64,000 bases of DNA. It comes from Marsupella aquatica (lineage: Eukaryota; Plantae; Marchantiophyta). Location of the stretch: the NCBI GenBank assembly GCA_973895155.1, contig OZ316895.1, forward strand, positions 19,792,803 through 19,856,802. The letters are read 5' to 3'. The notes below the pieces were generated by a model. The model saw only the letters and a list, made by a program, of their open reading frames with translations. It did not search any database and was not told where the DNA came from. Below, piece after piece: positions 1 through 12,675 of the stretch. The first letter of the stretch is position 1; every line of letters begins with the position of its first letter. The position numbers and the translations under genes are program-made.

Positions 1-171
1 TCTATGTAGGATTAGCGTTCAATTGATTGCAGCCTTCCTCTATTCTAAGGAAAATATTACAATGGTGCCCAGCGAAAGAGAGTGTAATATGTGTCTGACT
101 CTCACGATGGAAGATTGATGAGAGAAAGCAAAAAATATGTTGTAATGGCTCTTCCAACAATCCCCTGCTAT

Positions 172-600
172 TCAACCATTCCGCCTCTTGAATGTTTTAG
201 GGTAAAATAGAGATTCGACATACACCCTTGGTTCCCCTTCCACTTTTTGTAATCCTTCTCCTACGATAGGAGTTGAATAAACTATCGCAACGAGCTCTTC
301 AGTCCAATTACTTGGCCTTGCGTGTACTCCAGCTCCTTCCTTGATGTCCCATTTGCCTCTATCCATTAGACTGAATTTGCAAATGCTCCAAAGGAACTTC
401 AGATGTCTCTTCAAGCCCATGATTGTCAAATCTTCCCTCAAGCGCCTTTGGTTGACAAGATTTAATGGCAACACAACAGCTATAAGTGGCGTAGTGACAT
501 TTAGCTCCATCTCCGCCATCACTTGGTCTGTAATCTTTGCATTCTCAGCTTCACTTCTGCTACATGATCAAGGCCTCCCCCTCTGCTATGTCAATCACCA
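172..600 (-). pseudogene. Degenerate fragment of a retroelement-associated ORF, same family as the ORF at 47295-48911
   Basis: Reads L.IMGLKRHLKFLW...ARPSNWTEELVAIVYSTPIVGEGL, paralleling LEAMSCDKLMEFPW...RRNLEKWTAAAISSLLDVPLKGEGF at 47463+; in-frame stops upstream. Confidence 0.5.
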
Positions 601-2249
601 GTAGTGGACACAATTGAGTTGGCTTGTCGTTCCGTGCGTCACTTTGTCTCTAAGGTCTGTTAAATATCATAATCTGCCGCCATACATGAAATTGTTCAAA
701 AAAATTGACGGTCGTTCTGACGTTTTGCAAAGCGTACTCAATTTGCACCGGCATTTTTATAAGCAGATGGGATGCTTCTCAAAGCATCCAAGAAAAACTA
801 CTTGGGATGGACGCTTTTCAATGCGTCCAATAAACTTGGAAACTTGGGTGGACGCTTTTCAAAGCGTCCAAAAAATTAAAAAATACTTAAACACAACATC
901 ACTATTCTAAATCAACTCTATATTAATTTACCTAGCAGGTATGAAATATACCTAGTCATCCACTCAAACTATGACACGTTCGAGTCATGAGTGAGTTAAA
1001 TGGAAGAAAAATGGAATCGTTTTAATCTAAGCCATTAATTTGGGTATCTAGGGACTGTCCATCCATAGTGGTTAAGGAAACACAACCATTAGCCCAGTCC
1101 TATCCAATGGGTATGTAATTGTAGTATTGCACTAAGGACACAAATCAACATTTAATGCCTAAAACTCAGCATTCGATACCATGGAAGAACAAGTAAGGAA
1201 TGATTTTCTATCATTTAACACCTATGAATGACTAAGGTAACAAAAACACAACTTTGAGCCTTTTACTATGATTGCTTAGCAAGGCATAGATTTGAATGTT
1301 TGCGTAACATTGTAAATAAAATAACAAAATGGAAACAATTAACAAAACACAATGAAATCTTGAGATATGATGAGGGAGTTTGGAAAACACCAAGGTAACT
1401 TCTCATCAATATTTCATTTGATATGATTTAGGTGGTATATCCGTAAGAACATTTCTGGAAATGATTACTGTACTAGGATGATTACTAAAATGCCGTCAAC
1501 ACATCTCAACTTTTCATTCCAAGGTACTTAGTGGAGACTAGTAATCAGTCACTTCTGTATCCATTCGATACTTTGTGTCACAAATAAGAAATATCATCAT
1601 GCTCAAATTGAAGTCATAAATAATTGGTGAGTAACAATCTTTGCATTTTGTGCACAAGCAATGTCACGCCAAAAACCTTGCATCAAGAACTCAAGAAGAT
1701 GGGTTGTCACCACTTAAGGAATCTATTCCCTCATACTTTTGAGATTCAACTTCATACAAATAATTTTACTTTAATGATCTAAACTCTCAATCATTTAGAC
1801 CAAGGAAGGGAGAAGAATTCTTTTTGCATTTGCAAGCTCCATACAAAAACACTCAAAAGCTTTACTTCGCAAAGGTGATTCCAGTGCTACAGCAAATGCC
1901 ACAAGCACTTACTTTATTTCTTCACACTTGAAAATAACACAAATTCTACTTCATATAGGCTAGCAAGAAACCCAAGGAGATTGAGATACTGAAAGGAAAT
2001 GCTCTTTCATATCTGAAGGTTCTTGAATAAAACTTAAAGACGGTCATCCTTGAAAAGTGGAAAATAGAAAAAAAAGTTGAAACAAATGTCGCTGGAAGTG
2101 TCGGTTATGTAGTGGACGCTTCACAAAGCGTCAATGTTTGAGGTAGACGCTTTACATAGCGTTGGTTTTTATAGTAAAACTAATAAATAATGATCGTAAT
2201 CTAATTTTAACTTTGAAACTATTCCGAATAGTTTCTCAATAACAAAGAA

Positions 2250-4124
2250 CTATTTCGAATAGTTTCTCAATTGGCTATATGCGGTCACCCAGCAGAAGAC
2301 GAAGAACAAATTGAATGAACCATTTCCATGTTTCATGCAACCAACTTAATACTCTCTGCTCAATACCGCAATATGAATTTTACTAAATACTCAGAATTGA
2401 TCGCCCATATGCTCCTTGCCAAAAAAATCAGATTCTACTCTTGAAAAATTCTAAAACAAGGCCCCCTAGCACAACACCAACCCCACAAAAGCCAAAAGCT
2501 TTGTTCAACAGCAACTCTGTTCAATGAGGGCGAGACAACTTTAGAGGACGTGGTATCTTCAAGGGAAATAGAGGATGTTATGGAGGGAGGGGCCAAAACC
2601 AATTTTTGAAAGGTCAAGGAGCAGGGAGATCAAATAACCCTACCAATTCATGGCCGAGGAGGCAGCCCAATGGTCGGGACAATGGTAGAGGGCGAGGCAG
2701 AAATAACTATAATGCGACAAGAGATAAGCAATCTGAACCCTACCGATGCTTCAGATGTGGTACTATGGGACACATGAAAAAAGAATGTAGGGCACCCACA
2801 CATGTGGTTAAACTATACAAGGAAAGTATTAATAACTCTAATTAAACCATAACCACAAGGGAATTTCCTTGAATTAAATGAAGACCTCACCCAATATGTA
2901 CATGCCCCTGCATATATCCCCAAAGTCCCACGTTATTACTTATGAAACACAATCACCATTGTTAGATGACCCAACAAATTAACTGTATTCTAGATAATGG
3001 GACATCACACCATATCCTATGAAATAAGATATTATTTTCAAATATCACACTGTCATCCAAAATGGGTATAGCACGCGTGACAGTAAACAGAAAATAGGTT
3101 TACTGGTACCATGAAAATTTTTCCAATTACCAGCAAAAAGTTACTGTTACCAGGAAAAATAACCATGTCAAAATATTTTCTAAAAAGTCTCATTTTCCAA
3201 AAAAATCTAAGTTACAACATTTTTTGGCTAGCTTTGGGCGCTAGCAAAAAAATAAAATTTTAAATTTTTTTTTCCCAAAAAAAAAATTCAAAAAAAATTC
3301 AAAAAAATTACCACTCATTTTCCTGTTACCAGTTTCTATTTTCTGTTACTGTTTGTTGTTTCCTGTCGTTTGTAAATACCCCTCCAAAATGATGACTACT
3401 ATCACTAGCCATAAATAGATTGAAGAAGACTATGGCCGAGCTACATTTATACTCCCTAGAGGAACTGTTATCCGTATTGCGGCTGCCATATTTGCACCTA
3501 TAGCCACCCGGAATCCCGCCCGGAATCTCATTAGTTTTCAGGATATCAGGGCTAATAAGCTAGAAATACAACTAGTAAAGCAACATGATGGAAGTCCTAC
3601 ACATCCTAGAGAAAACTACTAAGGGAATGGAAATCAAGGAAATACTTCCATTACAACCTCTAGGCCTCTATATTACACAGATTCAGGCATACCATATAGA
3701 AGTAAACACACTGAATAGCACTACAACCTGGCACAACAGATTGGGCCACCCTGGTACTAGTATGTACCAAAGGATTATAAAAGACACAACTGGAATACCT
3801 CCCACTGTTCGCCCTTCTTCCCTAGAACCTTGCATGGCTTGCTCCCAAGGCAAGCTTGTAACCAGACCAGCAATCTCAAAAACTATTCATACTATTCCAA
3901 ATTTCTTGGAATATTTAAATGCTGATGTTTGTGGCCCAGTAGAACCACCAAGTGGCCCATTTTGCTTGTTCCTAGCTATTATAGATTCCTCATCCAAATG
4001 GTCACAGATATCACTGCTATCAACTGGAAACCTAGTAATTTCCCGCATCCTAGCGAATTTCCTCAAACTACGAGCACAATTCTCCGCTAGCTAACCCTAT
4101 CAAAATCCTCAGAGTAGATGGAGT
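2250..4124 (+). pseudogene. Ty1/copia (Bianca-type) element 1, 5' part: gag, protease, GAG-pre-integrase, integrase N-terminus
   Basis: Gag ...FHATNLILSAQYRNMNFTKYSELIAHMLLA; zinc knuckle CFRCGTMGHMKKEC (2606-2845 ORF); WHNRLGHPG...CMACSQGK...ADVCGP (3585-4094 ORF). Interrupted at KILRVDGV by an insertion. Its 5' LTR was not found. Confidence 0.85.
3064..3382 (+). mobile_element. MITE family A, copy 1
   Basis: 8-bp TSD TCCAAAAT at 3056-3063 and 3383-3390; ends GGGTAT...ATACCCC; closely similar copies at 25210-25543 (reverse) and 41559-41892. Confidence 0.9.
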
Positions 4125-5922
4125 TATAATAGAGGGCTTAAGCCCTTAAGGATATAAAAGTTATCTCATATGAAAAAAATGGTTTTCAATGACCATGTTG
4201 AGGACCTTGAATGACTATTTAAGCATTTGTGAGTATATTAAGCTTGAATCATGCCAAGGTGCATGTAAAGATGTTATGGTCCCTCATTCGACTCAATAGT
4301 GAAAGAGGAATAAAACCATAAATGGATTCGTATTGGGAAAATCTTATAGTGAGGAGAGACCTACTTCAACCCCTCAAGGAAAGGTTTGGCTTCTGAATTG
4401 AGGTCCAACTTTTCACAAATTTGAGTTAGATGGTTAATTCTAAGGTGAATTAATCAATGCATTTTAGCAAACAAGTAGCTTGATCTTTTATCAAGGTTGT
4501 GTTGCCCCACTTTCCAGTAGTTCATGGAAAAAATTACACCAACTGTGCTGGAAATTGAGGAGTTATTCCATCCGGAATTTGAACCGGTTTTCATCCGGTT
4601 TTTGAGCCGGTTTTTTATCCAGTTTGGACATACCATCCAATAGAAAAACTATCATAACTCTCAAATCATTTATCCAAAACAAGATTTGTAAAGTGTGTTG
4701 GAAAGCTCTTTTTGAGGCGGTTAAGATATATATAAAGAAGTCTGAAAATGGATTCAAAATGATCCACTTAAAATTATGAGACTCCAACCAGTACAACCAA
4801 GAGATATCTGAGATTTCCGGACGAAGAATGGAGTGAAGATTTTGAAGCGTTGTTTCCACACCATTAGACCTTCAAGATGTCTGATTTTGGACCAATAGGA
4901 AGTATGATCCATAGCAATGGACCTTAACCAATCAAAATGGTTGGATAAGTATGAAAGGATACTATGAAAAGATGTACCCATTCATTGGAAGATGGAGAGA
5001 CTCGATAGTCAAATTTTTATTACTCTAGCACTCCTACATTTTACATACGCCAATGGACATTATCTCAAGACCTCATCTTTGGAAACCTTTCAGTTTGGAA
5101 CCAAGAATTGTACTACCCACTTCCTATTTTATTACTACCTTTGGAGGTGTCACTTTCATGCCAAACCCTCTCAACTCCATTGACCCAGCAGTAGACCCCA
5201 CATTGGTGAAACCTAGCACTTCAAGTCCTGATCAGTAAAGAGTTATTCCATTCGGGATTTGAACCAGTTTCCCATCCTTATACTATAAAACTTAGTATAA
5301 AAAGAATTAGACTTTGAATTTTTGGTGAGCACTTTATCTCATAGTCTAGTTTCCGACTTTAGCATTACTTTTGACTTTTACACTTAGGTTAGGAAATGAA
5401 GAGGCATACCTCTTCAACTTTTGTTTAGAGGAGACTTGTCCTCATACATAAGAGGGAAAGTTTCCACCTTTTCACTCAGACTTACATTGCACTTGTGAAA
5501 GTCTCCTTCTTTGAAGAGAAGTAATAGATTCATATTTATCTTTGGTAATCTATGACTTGTGTTTGGAATTTAGTGCGTGACCATACTTGCTAGAATCTGT
5601 TTGATGTGACTAGCAATGTCATGTCGATATTCAAATTGACTGGAAACGCATGCTTGAGTTTATGCAAATGAATTGACTTGAGTGTTTGGAATGCTTATAA
5701 AGTATTTTTGGAAGATGCGCCAAACGAGAACTCACAATTACCATAGATCCAGAAAAGCAATCTTGAGAGTTGATTAAAAGAGGAAGTTTGTTCGGAGTAA
5801 TGAGTACCAATTTGTTATGACTTGGCCATAAAGTTAATACGGGCTTACTTCCATATATCTTTTACAAATTCTTAGATGGTTGGCTTTAGAGATTAGCTTT
5901 AGGCATCAGCCTAATTTAGTCA
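4125..5922. mobile_element. Solo LTR, left part (continues at 41070-41432 after the MULE)
   Basis: 5-bp TSD GGAGT at 4120-4124 and 41433-41437; ends TATAATAGAGGG...CCCTACTCTATA (TG/CA decayed to TA/TA); removing it restores integrase ...RVDGVGEFTSKTFDDFC. Confidence 0.75.
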
Positions 5923-5963
5923 GAGGGGAGGTAATCCATCAGTTATCAGTCACTGATATCAGT
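5923..5963 (+). repeat. Left TIR of the MULE
   Basis: GAGGGGAGGTAATCCATCAGTTATCAGTCACTGATATCAGT versus reverse complement of right end GAGAGGAGCAATCTCATCAGTTATTAGTGACTGATATCAGT. Confidence 0.9.
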
Positions 5964-5980
5964 GGCCCTTTTTTTTCTAA

Positions 5981-6192
5981 TCCGAGATACCAAGTCTTTT
6001 AGTTGACCATCTTGGAGAGGCTCTCCGAGATACCAAGTCACTCCGCTGCCATCTTAGAGAGCCTCTCCGAGATACCAAGTCTCTTTGTTGACCATCTCGG
6101 AGAGCCTCTCCGAGATACCAACTCACTTTGCAAATCATCTTCGACTTTCCCATTCCATTTCTAAGACCATCTCAAAGAGCCTCTCCGAGATA
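5981..6192. repeat. Palindrome array A (left subterminal), about 4 copies of ATCTCGGAGAG-S-CTCTCCGAGAT
   Basis: Copies near 6009, 6051, 6094 and 6169; 42-43 bp period for the first three. Confidence 0.9.
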
Positions 6193-6317
6193 CAAATACA
6201 AAAAATTTGTAAGTGATACACATCACATTCACTTTTCATATATATTATAATGTGTACACAACAACACTTCATCATTGAGCCTACCTTCTCTAAAGCTAAC
6301 CCCTGTTGGCCACTACT

Positions 6318-6586
6318 TTATTCTATTATCTGATATGTGCACAGGTCATAAATAATCTTCTTTTGCAAGTCTCCTACCTGACTGCCATCAAAATCCATAG
6401 GAGCATCTCGACTTATGCGCTCTGCATAGTTAAGGATAAATACCCCACAATTTACACTATCTTCTTGTGATGGAAGGCCTGACACTAAAGTTCTAGGCCA
6501 GTTGTATGGATCTGGTGAGGGCATGCCTCTTTGACTTGCTTCATCCTTGATATACCTTGTTAGAGTATACATGAGATACTCATTTC
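6318..6586 (-). pseudogene. Ulp1/peptidase C48 SUMO protease, C-terminal part with oxyanion Gln and catalytic Cys
   Basis: LPSQEDSVNCGVFILNYAE; joins in frame to the segment ending at 10290 (…WEARN|EYLMYTLTRY…) when the LTR element and one TSD are removed. Confidence 0.9.
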
Positions 6587-9500
6587 TGTTGAGGAATGAT
6601 GCGGGAAATGATAATGAGATTTCTCTCTATAGAATGAATGGGTGCATCTCTTTATATAGTCTCCGTCCGAGTTATCCTATATGGTAACTATGGTTAAGGT
6701 AACCATGGAGTCTAGTTAGGGTATAACACTCCCCCTTGGCTATATAGTGATAACTATGTAGACAAAAAGTCTTCTAACTAGATTATCATGCTTATAAACA
6801 TGGCATGATTTGAGTACAAATGAGGAAGGTACTGCCTCGTTAAAACCTTTAATAGCTCTAAAAAACTCTATCAAGGTAACAGAGAAAAAAAAATCTCGGC
6901 TCTAAAGGAAAAAGAGTACAGCCCTGTCGGTCCTCAAGTGAATCCGGTGGTATGTGGAGTTAACAGTAACAACTCCACTCCATCAAAATGAACAAGTCGT
7001 CGTATGCTCAACGACTCAACAACAATGCGACATGTCTCCAAATCGCTCACCATCGCGCATACATCCGCACATACATCCTCGCATCGAATACAAATTAAAA
7101 CATATATGAAAAAATGATTAGTAATTAAGTTATTATCATAAAATCACTTGTCCGTGGCTCATCTGCGCAAAGTGTAAAGTATAATAATAATTAATGTCAT
7201 CTCGTGCAACTGAGTGCGTAATGTATGGGATGTAAAGAGTCCGAAAGATATGATCTCCCCCTCAAAACAAGGTTTCGAGGAATATATTATTCTCATAAAA
7301 CTCAAATATCGAAACTCTCCCTTAGAGTTCAAGGACTCCTAATTAGATTCTTAAATAGAGGGTTCTTGTGCAAAATGCACAATTCGCAAGCGTGTGTAGT
7401 CGACACACAAAAAAATCTCTCAATCTTAGATTTCAAAACATGTAGTATCAAATAGTTTTTATATGAAAAATAATCTGCAGCACCAAAGAGTGTGCATTCA
7501 CAACACCAGCGGGTGTGTGTATAATATGACACGTCTGCCCTGCACGTCTGCAGTTCTCATATTTTGACAAAAAGTGTCAAGTCAATATAGCTTCACAAAT
7601 AACCCCGTGGAATCCAAACATTCAGTCGAACGTCCATGTGTGTCATAGCACAGAGAAGTGCTAGCTCAAAATGATTCGCTATCTTGCGGAGGTAAAGTGA
7701 TATTCATAAACGTCAAACAACTCTGTATAAAAATAGTTTAGAGCTAGTGATAGTCAAAAGATCCCACTTAATGACCAAGTACCAAAATGTACTCGTAGTG
7801 GGTAAATCAAGTGTGATTGGGGTTTGAGAAAATAAACTTTCTCCCCCTAAATATGCATTTTATGCATATATTATAGTTGAAAGCTAGAATTAAGTTGGAC
7901 CGAACAAAGTTATGGGGTTTGCCCATATTAACCCCTCATTACTCATTCTGATATGAGTTTACTTCGGGTTTCTAAATATTCGCAGTTAAACCCCTAAAGG
8001 GTTATTGATTATCCGCTTTTGGGTATGGCCGGAAATTAAGGTCATGGAACTAACCTGAAGTACTGTACCTTAGATTATTCTGGATTTTTCGTGAGAAACA
8101 TATCTGCCATCGATCACTGGACCTCAGAAAATCTATACCTTACCAAAATACCTCAAAAACTAGGTCATAGAGCATGGTTAAAGGTATGGTATTAGTTCCA
8201 TACTTAAAAACTATCATCCCACCGAACGATGGCTATAAAAGCTTCCGTTTGAGTTGTTTATGGTATAAAGACCATGAGGATAAGACCCTTAAGTAAGATA
8301 TTGCCCTAATGTAGGGTGTAAATGGGTGTAAAAGTTGTAAATGGTCAATTTACACACAAAAAGTGTATGGACCAAAGTTTATTCCCCTTGATGGTGTAAA
8401 TTGGTGTAAACCAGTGTAAATGCTATAAGCAAGTATAATCTGGTGTAACCAGTGTAAACAAGTATAAACCCAATGTAAAGCATGGGATTATACAATGGTA
8501 AGACATACACCAGTGTAAACTGGTGTCATGAGGTATAATCTAGAATGGTATCAATAGGTGTAAACTAGGGGTGTAAAATGGTGTAAAAACCATTTTGTGA
8601 TTGAAATGGGTGTAACAACCACTTTGTAAATGGAAAGTAGAGGTATTTGGTATAAAACCATTATTTCCAATGTGCAAAATCAAGTAAGGGTGGTATGACA
8701 TGTAAATATGTCAAATGCATGTAAAGCATGTGTTGCACATGTAAGGCATGTTAATGTATGCAAATTCAACAAGTGACATGTAATTTCCCTAAACCAGTTG
8801 ATGTGTTTACATGTGTAAACTGTGTAAATTGCTGTGTAAATTTGCAATGTGCACTTATCATTTTCCATTTCATTTGTTTATCCATAAGTGCAAAACATCC
8901 GTTGTCAACAAGATTTTCTTTGTTAATATGTGCATATATGGATAGTTTTTCAAAAATGAAGATTTTGCACTGAAGCACATGGGATTCTCTTGTCTTTGGA
9001 TAAGTGCACCCAAGCATTTGTATTTCAGAAACTCTTTACTATACTGTGCATTTAATGAGGGTTGCACTTATCTGGTGTTCGAGTTTTTCTCGAGGATTTT
9101 GAGATTGAATGTTGCATGTTTAAGTCACTCATGTGTGTCTCTTGAAATCTCACTTGTCGCTTTGGCTCATTCGTTGATTGCGATCAGCTTCTCAGGCTCA
9201 TTCTTGGACAAGCACAACATTCCATATTTAGGATTCAGAAAATGCTATCAGATCTAGACCCCACAACGATGACTTGTTTCTTGCGCTGGATGCCATCTCC
9301 CGTACGTTCACAACCAAAGCCAAGATGTTCTTCCTCCATGACATTTGCTTCTATCTTCTCCAATTTGATACGACTGTATCAAATGGCTCTTATTGGAATC
9401 TTCATTGAATCAGCAAACGACCAATTCAACATCCATGTTTGGCCTCTTGTAATGCCTATACTTCACTCGATCGTGTGTAATGGGCATTTCCTTTCATCCT

Positions 9501-10289
9501 TTATGGCTTGCAGATCGACCAACAAGAAACTGTCAGCGGTTGAGAAACATTGTGAAATTCAGGGAAAGAGAAGGCGCCTGTGTTCGTCCCTTATGAGGTT
9601 AGGGTTTTGAAAATTTTTCTTATGATCCCGATCGGGTCCTGATTTGCTCTCGATCCACCCGGCTTCATTCAAGGCTGTCTCTGTTTGGCTTCCGGTCTCT
9701 GCTCTTCTCTTTCTGCCTCTTGTTAAGGTTGTCAACTCATCGCCTCGAGTGATTTAGGTTGATCTGGCCTGGTTGGGTAGAAGGAAGCAGCGCGGCTGAA
9801 CTCGATCTCTCTTGCCTCAGCCATAGCTTTCCACTTGACTCAAATCATTGCCTTGAATACTGCTTTCCCACACGATCTTCAGAATCACCCTTCAAAACAA
9901 AATTTCTTTTGATCATATCACAGCCTTCATAAGCTTGCTCTCGGCCATAATGCTACATCATGTCGTTGCTTCAACGTGACTCATGTTCTCTTGGTGGTTC
10001 AAACTACTAGTCTTCTCACTCCCAATTCAATTCTCCTCCATAACTTGGAAATCCTTAAGAGAACATTCATTCATCATAGCCATAGGGAAATTCCTAAAAA
10101 AAAAATTCATGATCAAGCTCAGCTGGTCTAGAGTCGTGCTGATAACGTGTTGAGGAATGATGCGGGAAATGATAATGAGATTCCTCTCTATAGAATGAAT
10201 GGGTGCATCTCTTTATATAGTCTCCGTCCGAGTTATCCTATATGGTAACTATGGTTAAGGTAACCATGGAGTCTAGTTAGGGTATAACA
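6587..10289 (-). mobile_element. Non-autonomous LTR retroelement inserted in the Ulp1 domain
   Basis: 142-bp LTRs at 6587-6728 and 10148-10289 (TG..CA, one mismatch seen); TSD ATTTC at 6582-6586 and 10290-10294; PPT at 6729-6739; PBS-like CGTTATCAGCACG on - next to 10148; no recognisable pol. Confidence 0.92.
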
Positions 10290-11149
10290 ATTTCGAGCCT
10301 CCCAAAAGTTTTCTGATTTCCCCCAAAGCGAATCTAGGAACAACACCTCTTTTCCAGTTAAATCAATCACTGCCAACACCCAATGCTCCCTGTTTGCCTG
10401 GTGGATAGGGACCAATATCTTGTCATAATCAAATATGTTTTCTGTTTTGGTCCATCGAGCAACATTGGCAAAACAGTATACGGGCATTGAGAGCAACGTG
10501 TAGAATGTTGTGATGAAAAATGCACACTTTGGATAGCCTCTTGATCTCCCCCTAAACTGCAACAAGGCCAAATATGCATCGATGATATCTGAATGTAGCC
10601 ATTGAGCTGCTGTTCTTCCCGGGGTTCTTCCTTCAGACAAGCATCTCATTGACGCCTTGGTCAACTTGTAATCTACAAAGTTGAACAGTACTTCCTCGTC
10701 TAGGAGCTCTATGGATAGACATGTGGATACTATGTCGGAAAAGTCTTGAGAGCAAACTACTTCAGCAAATAACCCAGGTATCCGGGTATTCCCACCACGT
10801 GCTGCATAGGATTGAACACCATGGCATTAGGTATCATCTTCATGTGAGCTATAGGTCACAAAAGAAGGGTGAGCTATCTTGTCACTATCACTGCTGACAC
10901 TCTCACTTTCATTGTAGTCTACCTCTACTGCTCTATCATCTACAAATCTAGATTTTTGCCTCTTTGTGTACTTCTCAGCTACACCCTTGAGCCGTTTGAA
11001 GGGGCATGAATCAACAATCCCTTCTGCGTAAGTTGGAAGGCAAAATCTTTATGTCCGACAGAAAGGTTTTGATGTTTCCTCCCATGCTTCACGGACTTTG
11101 TTCTTGTCCGATGTGTGCCATTGTTCGGACTCGATGTTCCTATAGTGAA
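10290..11149 (-). pseudogene. Ulp1 protease exon, N-terminal part with catalytic His and Asp
   Basis: WLHSDIIDAYL...FFITTFY...KILVPIHQANREHWVLAVIDL...FLDSL; the frame extends up to 11149 through two TAA codons. Confidence 0.88.
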
Positions 11150-11289
11150 CTGCCTATTGGTTAAGTAGACAGTTTAAGGTAATACCATAATAATGTGGAA
11201 CTTCACATTTTTATTGATCCTCACCATGGCACAATGTAAATTGCAAACTATCTACAACAAATGGGTTCTTGGATTCAACGTTTACTCAC

Positions 11290-11800
11290 AATCCTGAGCA
11301 TCCCCACCCTTGCCTTCTGTAGCATCCTCCTCTGAATCAGACTCAAGGACCAGCTTCTTCCGCCCTTTAGGCTTTTTAGTCTCCTTGGCCTCCTCCTTCT
11401 TACTCTCCTTGCCCTCCACCTTGGTCTGATTGCCCTGCTGCATTGAAAGGAGTTTTGACACCACTGTCAAAGCTGCTGACTCACCAAAGTAGTCATGCGC
11501 TTCCATCCCAAATACTAGTCGCCCACAATTATTGGCAGCTTTGTAGATAGCACCAAAGTGGACATTCCAAGAAAATACGATATTGCCGGGACTGGTGATG
11601 TGCTCTATGATGCATTGCAAGGTTGCAGGCGATAAGGTACCGGCTAATTTGTCTCTCACTGCATCATCTTCCTTTGTAAAATTGGATAGAGTATTGCTCT
11701 TTGCTGGGCACAAGTCACCAGTAATTGGCTTCATAAGTACCTTTGGGAGGGTCACCTCTGTACCCTTCATGGCGAATATATCCAAATGCAGATATTGAGC
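11290..11800 (-). pseudogene. Exon encoding the C-terminal half of a beta-class N6/N4 DNA methyltransferase-like fold plus a charged linker
   Basis: LSPATLQCIIEHITSPGNIVFSWNVHFGAIYKAANNCGRLVFGMEAHDYF follows the N6_N4_Mtase pattern kP..L...li...t.pGd.VlDpF.GsG....Aa...gR..iG.E....y, but FxGxG is degenerate; acceptor GACAG ends at 11801. Confidence 0.6.
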
Positions 11801-11854
11801 CTGTCACATCATGCAATATAGATTAGCAACACTAATTAACTTATCCGACATCGG

Positions 11855-12320
11855 TCCTACCTATCTCAGAGAGGCTCTCCAAGATTCCAAGTACCTATCT
11901 CAGAGAGGCTCTCCGAGATCCAAGCTACCTATCTCAGAGAGGCTCTCCAAATCCAAGCTACCTATCTCTCCGAGATGGATCCTACCTATCTTAGAGAGGC
12001 TCTCCGAGATCCAAGCTACCTATCTCAAAGAGGCTCTCCGAGATGAATCCTACCTATCTTAGAGAGGGTCTCCGAGATCCAAGCTACCTATCTCAGAGAG
12101 GCTCTCCGAGATGGATCCTACCTATCTTAGAGAGGCTCTCCGAGATGGATCCTACCTATCTCAGAGAGGCCCTCCAAGATGGATCCTACCTATCTCAGAG
12201 AGGGTCTCCGAGATGGATCCTATTTGAGAGAGGTTCTCCTACCTATCTCAGAGAGCCTCTCCGAGATCCATGGTACCTATCTCAGAGAGGCTCTCCGAGA
12301 TGGATCAGGCTCTTTGAGAT
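11855..12320. repeat. Palindrome array B (intronic), about 12 copies at 34-bp period; resumes at 19859-19965 after the copia insertion
   Basis: Unit approximately CCTACCTATCTCAGAGAGGCTCTCCGAGATGGAT. Confidence 0.92.
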
Positions 12321-12675
12321 TGATCCTGTTGGGTATTTACTCTTATGTCTAGGTTAGGTATGATGTGGTTGGTACAACAACGTGGGTTGGTACAACTATG
12401 TGGTTAGGTACAACTACGTGATTAGGTACAACTATGTGGTTAGGTACAACTACATGATTAGATACAACTATGTGGTTAGGTACAACTAAGTTGCACACTA
12501 TATCATAAGAGGCATGTGTGCTTGGAGAGGTAGAACCAAGGCTCATTGTTATGGAGCCACTTGAGAGATAGGGAGAGCTTACACTGTGGAGACTCGATGT
12601 AGCCGACGGGTTTAGAGTTCAGTAAAGCTCTCTTGTGTGTTCCCGTGGACGTAGCCTCAAGGAGGTGAACCACGT

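Noticed and set aside
10233-10289. Ulp1 ORF tail CYTLTRLHGYLNHSYHIG resembling the true continuation MYTLTRY
   Set aside because: This tail is read from the LTR; the TSD shows the real continuation is below 6582, and the short similarity is probably chance.
12349-12546. VVPNH-repeat ORFs (also 19450-19647)
   Set aside because: Antisense translation of the 18-bp tandem repeat in the copia LTRs.
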